NCBI GenBank assembly: GCA_029856445.1
Contig: JAHQWY010000003.1
Coordinates: 1 to 34,430 of the forward strand
Direction of reading: 5' to 3'
Source: Promethearchaeia archaeon
Lineage (GTDB): Archaea; Asgardarchaeota; Lokiarchaeia; Sigyniarchaeales; SOKP01
DNA: 34,430 bases
Made by a program: the position numbers and the translations under genes
The notes under the pieces: model-generated
Databases searched by the model: none
What the model saw: the letters and a program-made list of their open reading frames with translations, nothing else
Told to the model about the DNA's origin: nothing
In this document: piece after piece, positions 17,830-26,958 of the stretch
Layout: every line of letters starts with the position of its first letter
Position numbering within the stretch: position 1 is the first letter of the stretch

Positions 17830-19050
17830 ATGAAAAATATTTCAGGAAATCCATATTTAAAAAGGAAAAATGGAAAAGTACTAATTGATTCAATACTCTT
17901 AGATGAGATAATCGAGCAATATAAAACACCTTTACTGATTTTATTAGAAAACAGGTTAAGAGATAATATTAAGTCATTTGTTAGTATTTTCAATGAAAAA
18001 TTTGAAAATTTTCAGAGTTTCTATTCATTCAAAGCTAATTACTTACCAGAAATCTGTAAGATTATTTGTTCTGAGGGTATTGGGGCAAAAACAGTAAGTG
18101 TACCTGAACTTAAATTAGCACTGAAACTTGGTTTTTCCCCCGATAAAATTTTAGTGGGTGCCCCTTATTTACCAGAAACTCTTATAGAATTAAGTATTAA
18201 GAGCAAAGTAAGAGAAATTATAATATATAGTATAAAAGATTTAAAGAAAGTAAATGATATAGCCCAAAAACATAATCATGTCCAAAATATCTGCATTAGA
18301 GTAAACTCCCCGAAATATATGAGTAAATTGGGTATTAAATTTGATGATGATAAAATCAAATTATTGAAAAAATCGATATTAGCATTTAAAAATATCAAAT
18401 TAACATCTATATTATCTCATTTTGGGACCCAAATGAATAACATTAAACAATATGAAAAAAACATCAAATCTCTAGTTTTAAACTTAGAATTATTATCAAA
18501 ATATGATATTCTATTTGAGAGTGTGAATCTAGGTGGAGGTTTTCCAGAAGCAACTGTTATAGCTCAAAATGAACTAAAAAAAATTGCAGAAATGACAAAG
18601 AGTTATTTTAAAAAATCTAACTTACAATGTCCTATGATAAGTTTTGAGCCTGGAAGATATTTTGTAGGTGATTCTGGCTTATATATATCAAAAATTGTCA
18701 ATGTGAGTGAAGATCGTTGGATTTTTATAGACATAGGAAACCACATTTGTCCTAAATTTGCGAGATGCTCTTTAAGATTTTATAATGCTACTCAGATTGA
18801 TAAACCTCACAAATATAAAACCTCGATAGCTGGTATTGTCCCTACTGATCAAGATGTTCTAGCAAAAAATTACTTCTTTACTCAAGATTTAAGAGAAGAT
18901 GATAATGTTATAGTGACAAACACAGGTGCTTATTGTTTAACTTTTTCAAATCGTTTCCCTTATCCCTTACCAATAATAGTCCTTATCAATGGGGATAAAA
19001 TTACAAAAATATTTGATCCTGATTTAAACAAAGATTTTTCATTAAATTAA
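17830..19050 (+). CDS. divergent fold-type III PLP enzyme (LysA/diaminopimelate decarboxylase family)
   Basis: YSFKAN (PLP lysine), SKLG, HFGTQ, NLGGGF, EPGRYFV, TGAY. Confidence 0.85.
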   Translation: MKNISGNPYLKRKNGKVLIDSILLDEIIEQYKTPLLILLENRLRDNIKSFVSIFNEKFENFQSFYSFKANYLPEICKIICSEGIGAKTVSVPELKLALKLGFSPDKILVGAPYLPETLIELSIKSKVREIIIYSIKDLKKVNDIAQKHNHVQNICIRVNSPKYMSKLGIKFDDDKIKLLKKSILAFKNIKLTSILSHFGTQMNNIKQYEKNIKSLVLNLELLSKYDILFESVNLGGGFPEATVIAQNELKKIAEMTKSYFKKSNLQCPMISFEPGRYFVGDSGLYISKIVNVSEDRWIFIDIGNHICPKFARCSLRFYNATQIDKPHKYKTSIAGIVPTDQDVLAKNYFFTQDLREDDNVIVTNTGAYCLTFSNRFPYPLPIIVLINGDKITKIFDPDLNKDFSLN

Positions 19051-19151
19051 GCTTGGATTAGTATCAAAAAATGTAATACCCCAATAATACATTAATTCTA
19101 ATTTTTTTATTATATTCTTTTTTGTAGCAAGAATTGATTAATTGATAAATT

Positions 19152-20258
19152 ATGGAATCATTTATTAATAAAGCGCGTAAAAGGGAAATAATTAGACCAC
19201 AGGCAGAAAGTTTTGGTTATGCTAATATAAAAATTATTGGGTGTGGTGGTGCTGGAAATAATACTGTTGATAGGTTAATGAAAATTGGAATAAGGGGTGC
19301 AACATGCGTAGCTGTTAATACAGATTGTCAGCATTTAGATAATGTCGAATCTCACCTGAAAATTTTAATTGGAAAGAATCTAACAAAAGGATTAGGGGCG
19401 GGAGGAAATCCCGAGGTAGGAAGAGCTGCTGCCGAAGAATCTCGGGAAGATTTGACCAAAGTATTAAGAGAATCTAATTTAGTTTTTATTACATGTGGTG
19501 AGGGCGGAGGTACAGGAACCGGAAGTGCACCAATTGTGGCTGAAATTGCCAAACTTGAAGGGGCAATAGTTGTAGGGGTAGTAACCCTTCCATTTGAAAC
19601 CGAAATAGGTCGTATTGACAAAGCTAAAATAGGTTTAAACTTATTAAAACGCTATGTTGATACATTGGTAGTAATAGATAATAATAGATTATTAGAAATA
19701 GCTCCAAATTTACCAATAATCGAAGCATTTAGTGTAGCTGATGAAGTTTTAGCTACAATGGTAAAAGGAATCACAGAAACAATCTCTTTACCTTCCTTAA
19801 TCAATCTAGATTTCGCTGATGTCAGAACTATTTTAAGTACAGGTGGAGTTGCCATTGTTGGTGTTGGTGAATCAAACAAGAAAGAAAGTCGAGTTGATGA
19901 TGCTATTGATGATGCTCTAAATACTCCCTTGTTAGATGTAAGTATTGAAGGAGCGAAAGGAGCTTTGATTCATATATGTGGAGGCAATGATATGACCCTT
20001 TCAGAGGCAAATTCAGTAGCTAAAAAGATTTCTGAAAAAATGGATGTGAATGATTCTATGGTTATTTGGGGTGCTCGAGTTTCAGATGAATTTGATGGGT
20101 TTATTAGGGTTATGTTGTTGATAACAGGGATTAAATCTCCTCAAATTTTTGGCAGTGGGTATTCAATGAATAGTTCAATCTTCCCTACTAAAACAAAATC
20201 TTCAAGGCTAAGTTTGTCTGACGATATTTTCAATATTGGTGAAATTACGTTTGACTAG
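19152..20258 (+). CDS. ftsZ: cell division protein FtsZ (FtsZ2-like)
   Basis: GCGGAGNN, GLGAGG, GGGTGTG, SLINLDFAD, VIWGAR; AIVVG and PNLPI segments resemble archaeal FtsZ2. Confidence 0.96.
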   Translation: MESFINKARKREIIRPQAESFGYANIKIIGCGGAGNNTVDRLMKIGIRGATCVAVNTDCQHLDNVESHLKILIGKNLTKGLGAGGNPEVGRAAAEESREDLTKVLRESNLVFITCGEGGGTGTGSAPIVAEIAKLEGAIVVGVVTLPFETEIGRIDKAKIGLNLLKRYVDTLVVIDNNRLLEIAPNLPIIEAFSVADEVLATMVKGITETISLPSLINLDFADVRTILSTGGVAIVGVGESNKKESRVDDAIDDALNTPLLDVSIEGAKGALIHICGGNDMTLSEANSVAKKISEKMDVNDSMVIWGARVSDEFDGFIRVMLLITGIKSPQIFGSGYSMNSSIFPTKTKSSRLSLSDDIFNIGEITFD

Positions 20259-20290
20259 TCCTTTTTATATTTCTTTTTAAATTTAAGTGT

Positions 20291-20659
20291 ATGATAAACA
20301 AATTCTCTTCAGAAACACAAAAAGAAATTGATGGAATTATAAAAAAAATCAAAACGTGGAAAGATCTATTTAATATTAATCAAGAATTTTATTACGATGG
20401 CTGGTCCATTTCTTTAAAAGAAAAGAATGTCTATCCTCGTTGTATTATAATTTTTAAATCATATGAAAGTAATCAATTTTCTATTAGAAGCTTCGACATT
20501 TATCTTCGAAATTATCAAAAGGAAGAATATCATGAGATATATTCTGTTGAAAAGATAAAAAATCATCATGATCTAATAAAGGAATTAAAAGATGTTATTT
20601 ACGGAAAAGATTTAGGAAATCAGGTTTTACAAATCTATAATAAAACATTTTCAGAATAA
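20291..20659 (+). CDS. hypothetical protein
   Basis: 122-aa ORF 32 nt after ftsZ on the same strand; no motif recognised. Confidence 0.7.
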   Translation: MINKFSSETQKEIDGIIKKIKTWKDLFNINQEFYYDGWSISLKEKNVYPRCIIIFKSYESNQFSIRSFDIYLRNYQKEEYHEIYSVEKIKNHHDLIKELKDVIYGKDLGNQVLQIYNKTFSE

Positions 20660-20662
20660 AAA

Positions 20663-21229
20663 TTAGAATTCTGGTTTATACATTTGTCTAAATTCTTCTT
20701 TCTTTTTGTCGTTATATTTATTTTCTATAAATTTTAAAACTGTATGATGAGGTATCCCTTTTATTATCATATTTATTGCTTTTCTAGCAATTTGTAGATT
20801 TTCATAAGCAGCGATTACAGAAACGGTTTTCCCATACACAGAGACATAACATTCAGTAAACCTTTCAAGAGCTTTTCGGATTTCTCCATTCCTCCCAATA
20901 ATTCGTCCTTTTACCCTTTTTATACGTTTCTCTGATTTTCCTAATATTAAAAATAGATTAAAAACTTCGAGATCATAATCATCTTCGATCAATTTCATAG
21001 CTTTAATAGGATTAAAACCTCTATTAATGGCATTTACTATCTTTTGAGCGGTATAAACATTTAGTGGTTTATAGTTTGGTTCATCTAATTTAGGTAAGAT
21101 TTCACAATCTCCTGTTTTACTATCTAAATTGATCTTTACTCCAAGCTTTTTTTCAATATCTTTCTTAACATGACCATCTGTTCCTATCAAGACCGCTATT
21201 CGATTTTTACCTATTTTCAATATTTTCAC
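20663..21229 (-). CDS. KH-domain pre-rRNA processing protein (Dim2/Pno1)
   Basis: RIAVLIG, AINRGF, KGRIIGRNG, SVYGKTV; next to rio1. Confidence 0.92.
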   Translation of the reverse strand: MKILKIGKNRIAVLIGTDGHVKKDIEKKLGVKINLDSKTGDCEILPKLDEPNYKPLNVYTAQKIVNAINRGFNPIKAMKLIEDDYDLEVFNLFLILGKSEKRIKRVKGRIIGRNGEIRKALERFTECYVSVYGKTVSVIAAYENLQIARKAINMIIKGIPHHTVLKFIENKYNDKKKEEFRQMYKPEF

Positions 21230-21266
21230 TTTAAACTGTTATATCTTTTAGAAAGATTAAAAATTT

Positions 21267-22115
21267 TTAAACCTCCATATTGATTACATCATAATAAAAA
21301 TCTTTAGGATCTGGTGTTTCAACACCTAATTTATTAAAATATTGAAAAATATTTTTGATATCTCTTACCAAAAAAACCTCTGCTTTAGGATGTTGGATTG
21401 ATACAGCTTGAGAGATGTCAATTACAACAGGACTCTGATTATGATATAAAATGTTGAACTCACTTAGATCTCCATGTACTAATTTTGCCTTTTGATATAA
21501 TAATTTTATAAATTTTAAGATTTCATTAAATAGGCTTACAGGTTCTTTGGGATTCTTAATATCTTTCAAAACAGGCGCAGGTATAGATTCAAAACCAATA
21601 TATTCCATAATTAAAATATTATTTTTAATAAATATTGGTTTAGGAACACGCAAATCTACTTTATATGCTCTTTTAAGATTTTTAAATTCTTTACTTGCCC
21701 ATAGGAATATAATTTTTGAAACATTGTGCGGAATTTTTTTAAATCTTGGATCTCCAATGATATATTTTTTCATCCATCTTGAAGTATTGCTATCAATTTT
21801 ATAAATTTTAACAGCAACTTCTTTTTCCTCTAAATCATATGCTAAATAAACATTAGCTTCTTTTCCAGCAGAAATAATGCCCTCTATTCTTTTTAATGGT
21901 CCATTTACTAATATTTTATTTAGATGAAAGACAGTACGTTCATCAAAAACAGATTCAATAGCAGCTCTCTTCTTTGATTGGTCTATTTTTTTAATTCTTT
22001 TATAATCAATTTTTGTTTTTTCTAACTCATCAATTCCGGAATTGAATTTCTTTTCTGATTTATCTTCTAAGAATCCTTCTTCATCCTCATCAATTTCGTC
22101 ATCGTGATCTTCCAA
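21267..22115 (-). CDS. rio1: RIO1 serine/threonine kinase
   Basis: SAGKEANVY, VAVKIY, LVHGDLSEFNIL, IDISQAV; GAGGAG SD before the TTG start. Confidence 0.95.
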   Translation of the reverse strand: MEDHDDEIDEDEEGFLEDKSEKKFNSGIDELEKTKIDYKRIKKIDQSKKRAAIESVFDERTVFHLNKILVNGPLKRIEGIISAGKEANVYLAYDLEEKEVAVKIYKIDSNTSRWMKKYIIGDPRFKKIPHNVSKIIFLWASKEFKNLKRAYKVDLRVPKPIFIKNNILIMEYIGFESIPAPVLKDIKNPKEPVSLFNEILKFIKLLYQKAKLVHGDLSEFNILYHNQSPVVIDISQAVSIQHPKAEVFLVRDIKNIFQYFNKLGVETPDPKDFYYDVINMEV

Positions 22116-22128
22116 TAAGTACTCCTCT

Positions 22129-23040
22129 TTATTTTTTTTTTATAATATTCTCATTAAAAAAGTAAGAATAGTCTTTTGTAAATTTAGAATTATTTTTACT
22201 TTTTAGTATGATTTTACTTTTTGTAATATTTTCTACTATAAATTCTTGATTGTCTATTAGAATTATATCATTAGTATCTACAGGTAAAAATTTTATCAAT
22301 GTTTTTAATCTATAGAGGTTTTTACCCTTCTGATTGTCTCTTCCTACCAATTTCTTTGATCTTTTTAACAAAAAATGATACTTTCCTTTTAGAAATTTTA
22401 TAATATAATTCATTAATTCGTTTGTACTGAGATATAAATCTACCCCATATTTTTGATCTTCGATCTTAGAAATGTATTGACGGGTGTCTTTATCAAAAAT
22501 ATTACTAACAAATTTATCTATTTCATTTAAAATTGTCTCAATCAACTCTAATTGGCTCTCATTTTTTACTCGAAGTTGGATAATTGATATAAAATAAGTG
22601 CCACCTCGTAAATTAGAACAATTCCTGCATAACATGTTATTTAAATTTAATTTTATTTCTTGCTGATGATAAATATTTGATGATCCCTTCAATTTTCCCA
22701 TGACAAGTATTTCAACGGATCTTATTAAACCTGTTGATGAATATACAATTGAATCTTCATTCGTTGAAAATAAAATCTCAATTTGCTTATTTTTGAGTAG
22801 TGATTTCAATAAAAACTTTTTAATAATCTCATAAAGGTTAGAAAACAAATTATCATTAGTAGGTTCAATCCATAAATCTCTTTTAGCATAACTACCACAA
22901 TCAATACAAACATTCACAGAAAAAGTCTTAGGTAACTCAAATAACGGATTTTCCTCTAAATAGCATTGAAGGCACATTCCGAAATGAGGAGAATCTTCAT
23001 TTAAACTTTTTCCACATATTGCACAAAATCGATTTGGCAT
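22129..23040 (-). CDS. nmd3: Nmd3-family ribosome biogenesis protein
   Basis: Four CxxC pairs, IIQLR, GVDLY, KLVGRD...YR. Confidence 0.9.
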   Translation of the reverse strand: MPNRFCAICGKSLNEDSPHFGMCLQCYLEENPLFELPKTFSVNVCIDCGSYAKRDLWIEPTNDNLFSNLYEIIKKFLLKSLLKNKQIEILFSTNEDSIVYSSTGLIRSVEILVMGKLKGSSNIYHQQEIKLNLNNMLCRNCSNLRGGTYFISIIQLRVKNESQLELIETILNEIDKFVSNIFDKDTRQYISKIEDQKYGVDLYLSTNELMNYIIKFLKGKYHFLLKRSKKLVGRDNQKGKNLYRLKTLIKFLPVDTNDIILIDNQEFIVENITKSKIILKSKNNSKFTKDYSYFFNENIIKKK

Positions 23041-23336
23041 TAAAACATCATCTTTATAGCCATTGGTACCCCATTTATGGATCTAATTCCTTCTCTTGGT
23101 AGCAGTTTACACTCAATTGCTTTCTCGATTATTTTTTCTCCTACTATATTGAAAAAAGAAGCGTTCTTCAAAACATCTATAGCATCTTCTATCTTGATTA
23201 AATCTCCACCATAGAATCGGGTCGATATCTCAATTTTCAAATTACCCTCAGTGAAGACCTGATTAAGAAGCTCCTCATCACAACATGCTACAGTTTCACA
23301 ATCATCTCGAATGTGAATTTTTAGATAAACTCTCAT
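23040..23336 (-). CDS. DUF424 family protein
   Basis: VACCDEELL...FYGG...NIVG; stop overlaps the nmd3 start (TAATG). Confidence 0.88.
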   Translation of the reverse strand: MRVYLKIHIRDDCETVACCDEELLNQVFTEGNLKIEISTRFYGGDLIKIEDAIDVLKNASFFNIVGEKIIEKAIECKLLPREGIRSINGVPMAIKMMF

Positions 23337-23353
23337 GATTTTTTTTAAATGCT

Positions 23354-23767
23354 TTATTTCTCTTTAACTTCTACTCTGGCTCCGCAAGCAGTACATTTTA
23401 AATAAAGTTTTTTACCCTCCCGTTGAATTTGGGTGTCTGGTTTTTTACAAATACTACATAATACATATGTTTTTGTATAATTTTCAATTAACTTGTTCAG
23501 TACTTGCTCTTTATATTGACCTTTTAGAAATAATTGTTGTCCTCTTATCTCCCCCATTGTTCCTGCGCTCTTTAGAAAAATGCCTAAAAAATGTCTTCTA
23601 TCTCTATTAAGAGTACTGATTATTTTATTGAAATTTGTAATAAATGTATTTCTACTTTCTATTCTAAGTTCTACTTTAGGAATTTCGAATCTTGAGGATT
23701 TTTTTACATTTTCTGGTATTTTTTCATAAGCTTCCTCTAATAAATCCTCATAATCATTTAAATCCAT
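23354..23767 (-). CDS. eif2b: translation initiation factor aIF-2 beta subunit
   Basis: YEDLL, RFEIP, YVLCSICKKPDT, CTACGA. Confidence 0.95.
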   Translation of the reverse strand: MDLNDYEDLLEEAYEKIPENVKKSSRFEIPKVELRIESRNTFITNFNKIISTLNRDRRHFLGIFLKSAGTMGEIRGQQLFLKGQYKEQVLNKLIENYTKTYVLCSICKKPDTQIQREGKKLYLKCTACGARVEVKEK

Positions 23768-23865
23768 TATTTAATCATCTAGTTAATTATTATATAATTA
23801 TTAAATCAATAATAAGAAAAATATTTTTCCTTTATTTATAATAAAGTTATCAATTTTAAGGTGAT

Positions 23866-24573
23866 TTAGTAAGATTCAAAAATATCTATATCTGATTCAT
23901 AAATACGCGATTCTAAAATTAAATCATTAATATAAGATCTTAATTCAATATCAGGTATTTTTATTTCTCTCCTTAACCCTTCAAAATTTATTCCTTTACC
24001 CTTATCAGAATGTAATTTAATTACTGAGTATACTTGCTCCTTCAGATTATCTCCTTCAGTATAATCAAATTCCTCTTCAAATAGATTATTAACATCAGAA
24101 AGGACTGGAATTTCCTGAATATCTCCTGCTTTAATACGATTTATTATTTCAGCATTTCTTAGCAAAATAAGATTGGGTTCCTCTACTTTCTTAATAATTT
24201 CAATCCATAATGATATATATCCACCCTTTTTGCTAACCCGACCAACGACATCAACAATATCACCAACATCATATATATTATAATTATCTGGATTAACTCT
24301 ATCCTTAACCGCTCTAATCAAACCTGTGCTATCATCCAAATTAAAAAATACTCTCACATTTGCTGTTAACTCCTCTTCTAATCCAGTTTCAAATTCATCA
24401 GGTTCTATTACTTTTTCTTTCTTTTCTACTATAGTAGCAATTAGTCTGATTCTTTTAACTTTTCCAAAGATAGTTAGAAAACAATTCTCATTTTCGTCAT
24501 ATTTTCCTTCTTCAATATGTCTTATCCAGCAATGTATTGCTGGATTTCTCTTATAACCAGTACTTTCAGTCAT
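23866..24573 (-). CDS. RPA32/Stn1-like OB-fold protein with a probable C-terminal winged helix
   Basis: RIRLIATIV, LDDSTGLIRA, GDIVDVVGRV, acidic linker, helical C-domain ending LILESRIYE. Confidence 0.8.
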   Translation of the reverse strand: MTESTGYKRNPAIHCWIRHIEEGKYDENENCFLTIFGKVKRIRLIATIVEKKEKVIEPDEFETGLEEELTANVRVFFNLDDSTGLIRAVKDRVNPDNYNIYDVGDIVDVVGRVSKKGGYISLWIEIIKKVEEPNLILLRNAEIINRIKAGDIQEIPVLSDVNNLFEEEFDYTEGDNLKEQVYSVIKLHSDKGKGINFEGLRREIKIPDIELRSYINDLILESRIYESDIDIFESY

Positions 24574-24758
24574 TATGATTCAATTACACCTTTAGATACA
24601 TTTAAAATTATTTCCATTTAATTTAGGAATTTTTATTAAAGGAATAATACGTCATCCTTTCTTTTTTTATTGCTCAATTATTTATTAAATCAAATGAGGA
24701 TCATTATTTTTAGGACTCAAGAAATTTTATTGGAAAAAACCTAAAAATAAGAGTTTAA

Positions 24759-24888
24759 TAGCGGGGGTTCGATTTGAACGAACGATCTCAGGGTTTCTCA
24801 ATGGAGTGGAAGTACCATTTATGAGCCCTGCGGCATAAACCAGGTTAGCCCACCATCCAGAATTTTTAGGTGACTAGCCCACCCCGCT
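24759..24888 (-). tRNA. initiator tRNA-Met(CAT) with introns at 15/16 (24845-24873, 29 nt) and canonical 37/38 (24795-24819, 25 nt)
   Basis: A1:T72 acceptor AGCGGGG/CCCCGCT; three G:C pairs in anticodon stem CAGGG/CCCTG; BHB CTCA/TGAG at 37/38; BHB GGCT/GGCT with bulges AGT and AAC in the D arm. Confidence 0.94.
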
Positions 24889-25104
24889 TTGAATAAATCT
24901 ATGAGATTATTTTATACCGATATATACTAGTTTTATATATTGCAATATAAACCCCCATAATTAAATGTTTTACTTTTTACAAGTACTAAAGTTTAATTTT
25001 GAATTCTGAGGATAAAATTGCGTAAGATTATATTTTTTATGGAAAAAGTTTAACTTACTATTTTAATTACATAATAAAAGATTTATTAAGCTAATCAGAG
25101 AAAT

Positions 25105-26937
25105 ATGCCACTTTTAAATTCACCATTTATTGAATTTTTGCTCAATCCTTGGTTTCTCTTATCTCTATTCTTTTGGCTAATTGTCTTAGCATTAGTTTAT
25201 TTATTAAGAAATAAAAAAGAAGCTGCGTATTTATTCTTCCCATTGTTAGCAATGTTCAAAACTAAAAAATTAAATAATTTCTTAAGAAAGATTTCTAGAA
25301 AAGTACCAAAATTTTGGAAAATTTTTTGGACAATAGGTATCTTCATCTCATTTGGATTTGTCATTTTTGCATTTTATTTCTTTTTTACAAATTTTATTAA
25401 CCTACTTGTAAATCCCAGAATAGAACAAGCAGTATTACCTCTTATTCCTGGCGTAACAATAGATTTACCCTTATTTTTTTACTTAATTCTTCCTTTATTA
25501 TTCATTGTAACTACTCATGAATTTGCTCATGGAATCGCAGCGAGTGCAGACGGACTAGATATTAAATCTACAGGAGTCCTTGGAGCGGGTATTTTCTACA
25601 TAATTGCTTTTGGTGCTTTTGTTGAAGTTGATGAGAGAATTGTAAATTCAAATAAGGTTAACAGGTATACCCGGTTAAGAATTGCGGCAGCAGGAACTTA
25701 TGTTAACGGAATTACGGCAGTTGTTGCTTTTATTTTGCTATTATGTTTCCCTTTGATGATAGCACCATGGTATCGTCAAGTAACACAAGTTAATACTGTA
25801 TTAAAAGAGGATGAAGGCGGATTTAATTATGGGAACATCACCAGGGGAGATGCCATAATTGCTATTAAAAAGAGTGGTACTACTGATGAGAATTACGTAT
25901 CTCTTGATGAATTAAAAGGAGTTTCCTTAAGTAGTATTTTAAACAACAAATCGACATTAGAGTGTGCAATTAATGATAGTTTAACACTAAAGATTTATGA
26001 TCCCTCTTTAGATGCTTTTTTAGAAAAAAATATTACTTTAGGACCACGTTATTATATAGGCCTTAGATATGAATATACCTCTGATGGACTTGGTTTAAAA
26101 ATAAATAAAGTTCTTTCTTTAAGTGAAGGTGGAAACAATTTTGGTAATATTTCAGAAGGATTAACTGTGATAAAAATTAATGGAATTCCTATAAATGTTT
26201 CAAATGGAGACACATTAGAGAGAGTTTATACTTCCTCTTTTCAAAATGGTATGATTCTAAATAACATTAATTTTAGTACCGATTCAGCTAATTATACTTT
26301 AGATCTTAGGATCGATGGAGTCATAATTGGAATATATAGTAATTCATATTTTATGTATAAGAATGGTATAGCCAAATTCTTCACAAGTTTTTGGCCAGAA
26401 TTTCTATTAAGAGAACTATCATGGCTTTTTTTAATTGCCTTTAGTATTACTTTATTCAATATGCTCCCTTTACCTATATTTGATGGGGATAGGATGGTTA
26501 AAGAATTAATTAATTGGGGTATAGGAGAAAATTACAAATCATTGAAGAAAAAGAAAGATAAATTTTATTTTAAAAAGGAAGATAAAAATTATGAGTTATC
26601 AGAATATCGAGTTGAAAAAATTAACTCTATTGAAATTATTATGAAGGATCCATTAAGATCTATTGAACCAAGTACAATTAGACTTTCAGAAGATAATTAT
26701 CAAATTATTGATAAAATTGGGGATGGATTTAAGGATACTGTTTTATTGAACCTCCCTGAAAAAACAGAGTTAACGGAAAATTCGGTAGTTGAAATTTCTT
26801 ATGAACATTACTATGATGAGAAGAAGAAGATAAAGAATTTAATTCTAAATACACTAAGATTTATTACCATATTTATTATCCTCGGAAATTTCATTTTATC
26901 ATTTATTAAATTTGGTGGATTAATCTTTTGGATGTAA
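25105..26937 (+). CDS. site-2 protease (M50 intramembrane metalloprotease) with tandem PDZ-like inserts
   Basis: HEFAH, GAFVE, RIAAAG, NMLPLPIFDG; several TM segments. Confidence 0.93.
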   Translation: MPLLNSPFIEFLLNPWFLLSLFFWLIVLALVYLLRNKKEAAYLFFPLLAMFKTKKLNNFLRKISRKVPKFWKIFWTIGIFISFGFVIFAFYFFFTNFINLLVNPRIEQAVLPLIPGVTIDLPLFFYLILPLLFIVTTHEFAHGIAASADGLDIKSTGVLGAGIFYIIAFGAFVEVDERIVNSNKVNRYTRLRIAAAGTYVNGITAVVAFILLLCFPLMIAPWYRQVTQVNTVLKEDEGGFNYGNITRGDAIIAIKKSGTTDENYVSLDELKGVSLSSILNNKSTLECAINDSLTLKIYDPSLDAFLEKNITLGPRYYIGLRYEYTSDGLGLKINKVLSLSEGGNNFGNISEGLTVIKINGIPINVSNGDTLERVYTSSFQNGMILNNINFSTDSANYTLDLRIDGVIIGIYSNSYFMYKNGIAKFFTSFWPEFLLRELSWLFLIAFSITLFNMLPLPIFDGDRMVKELINWGIGENYKSLKKKKDKFYFKKEDKNYELSEYRVEKINSIEIIMKDPLRSIEPSTIRLSEDNYQIIDKIGDGFKDTVLLNLPEKTELTENSVVEISYEHYYDEKKKIKNLILNTLRFITIFIILGNFILSFIKFGGLIFWM

Positions 26938-26958
26938 TAAAATAAATTTATCTTTTAA

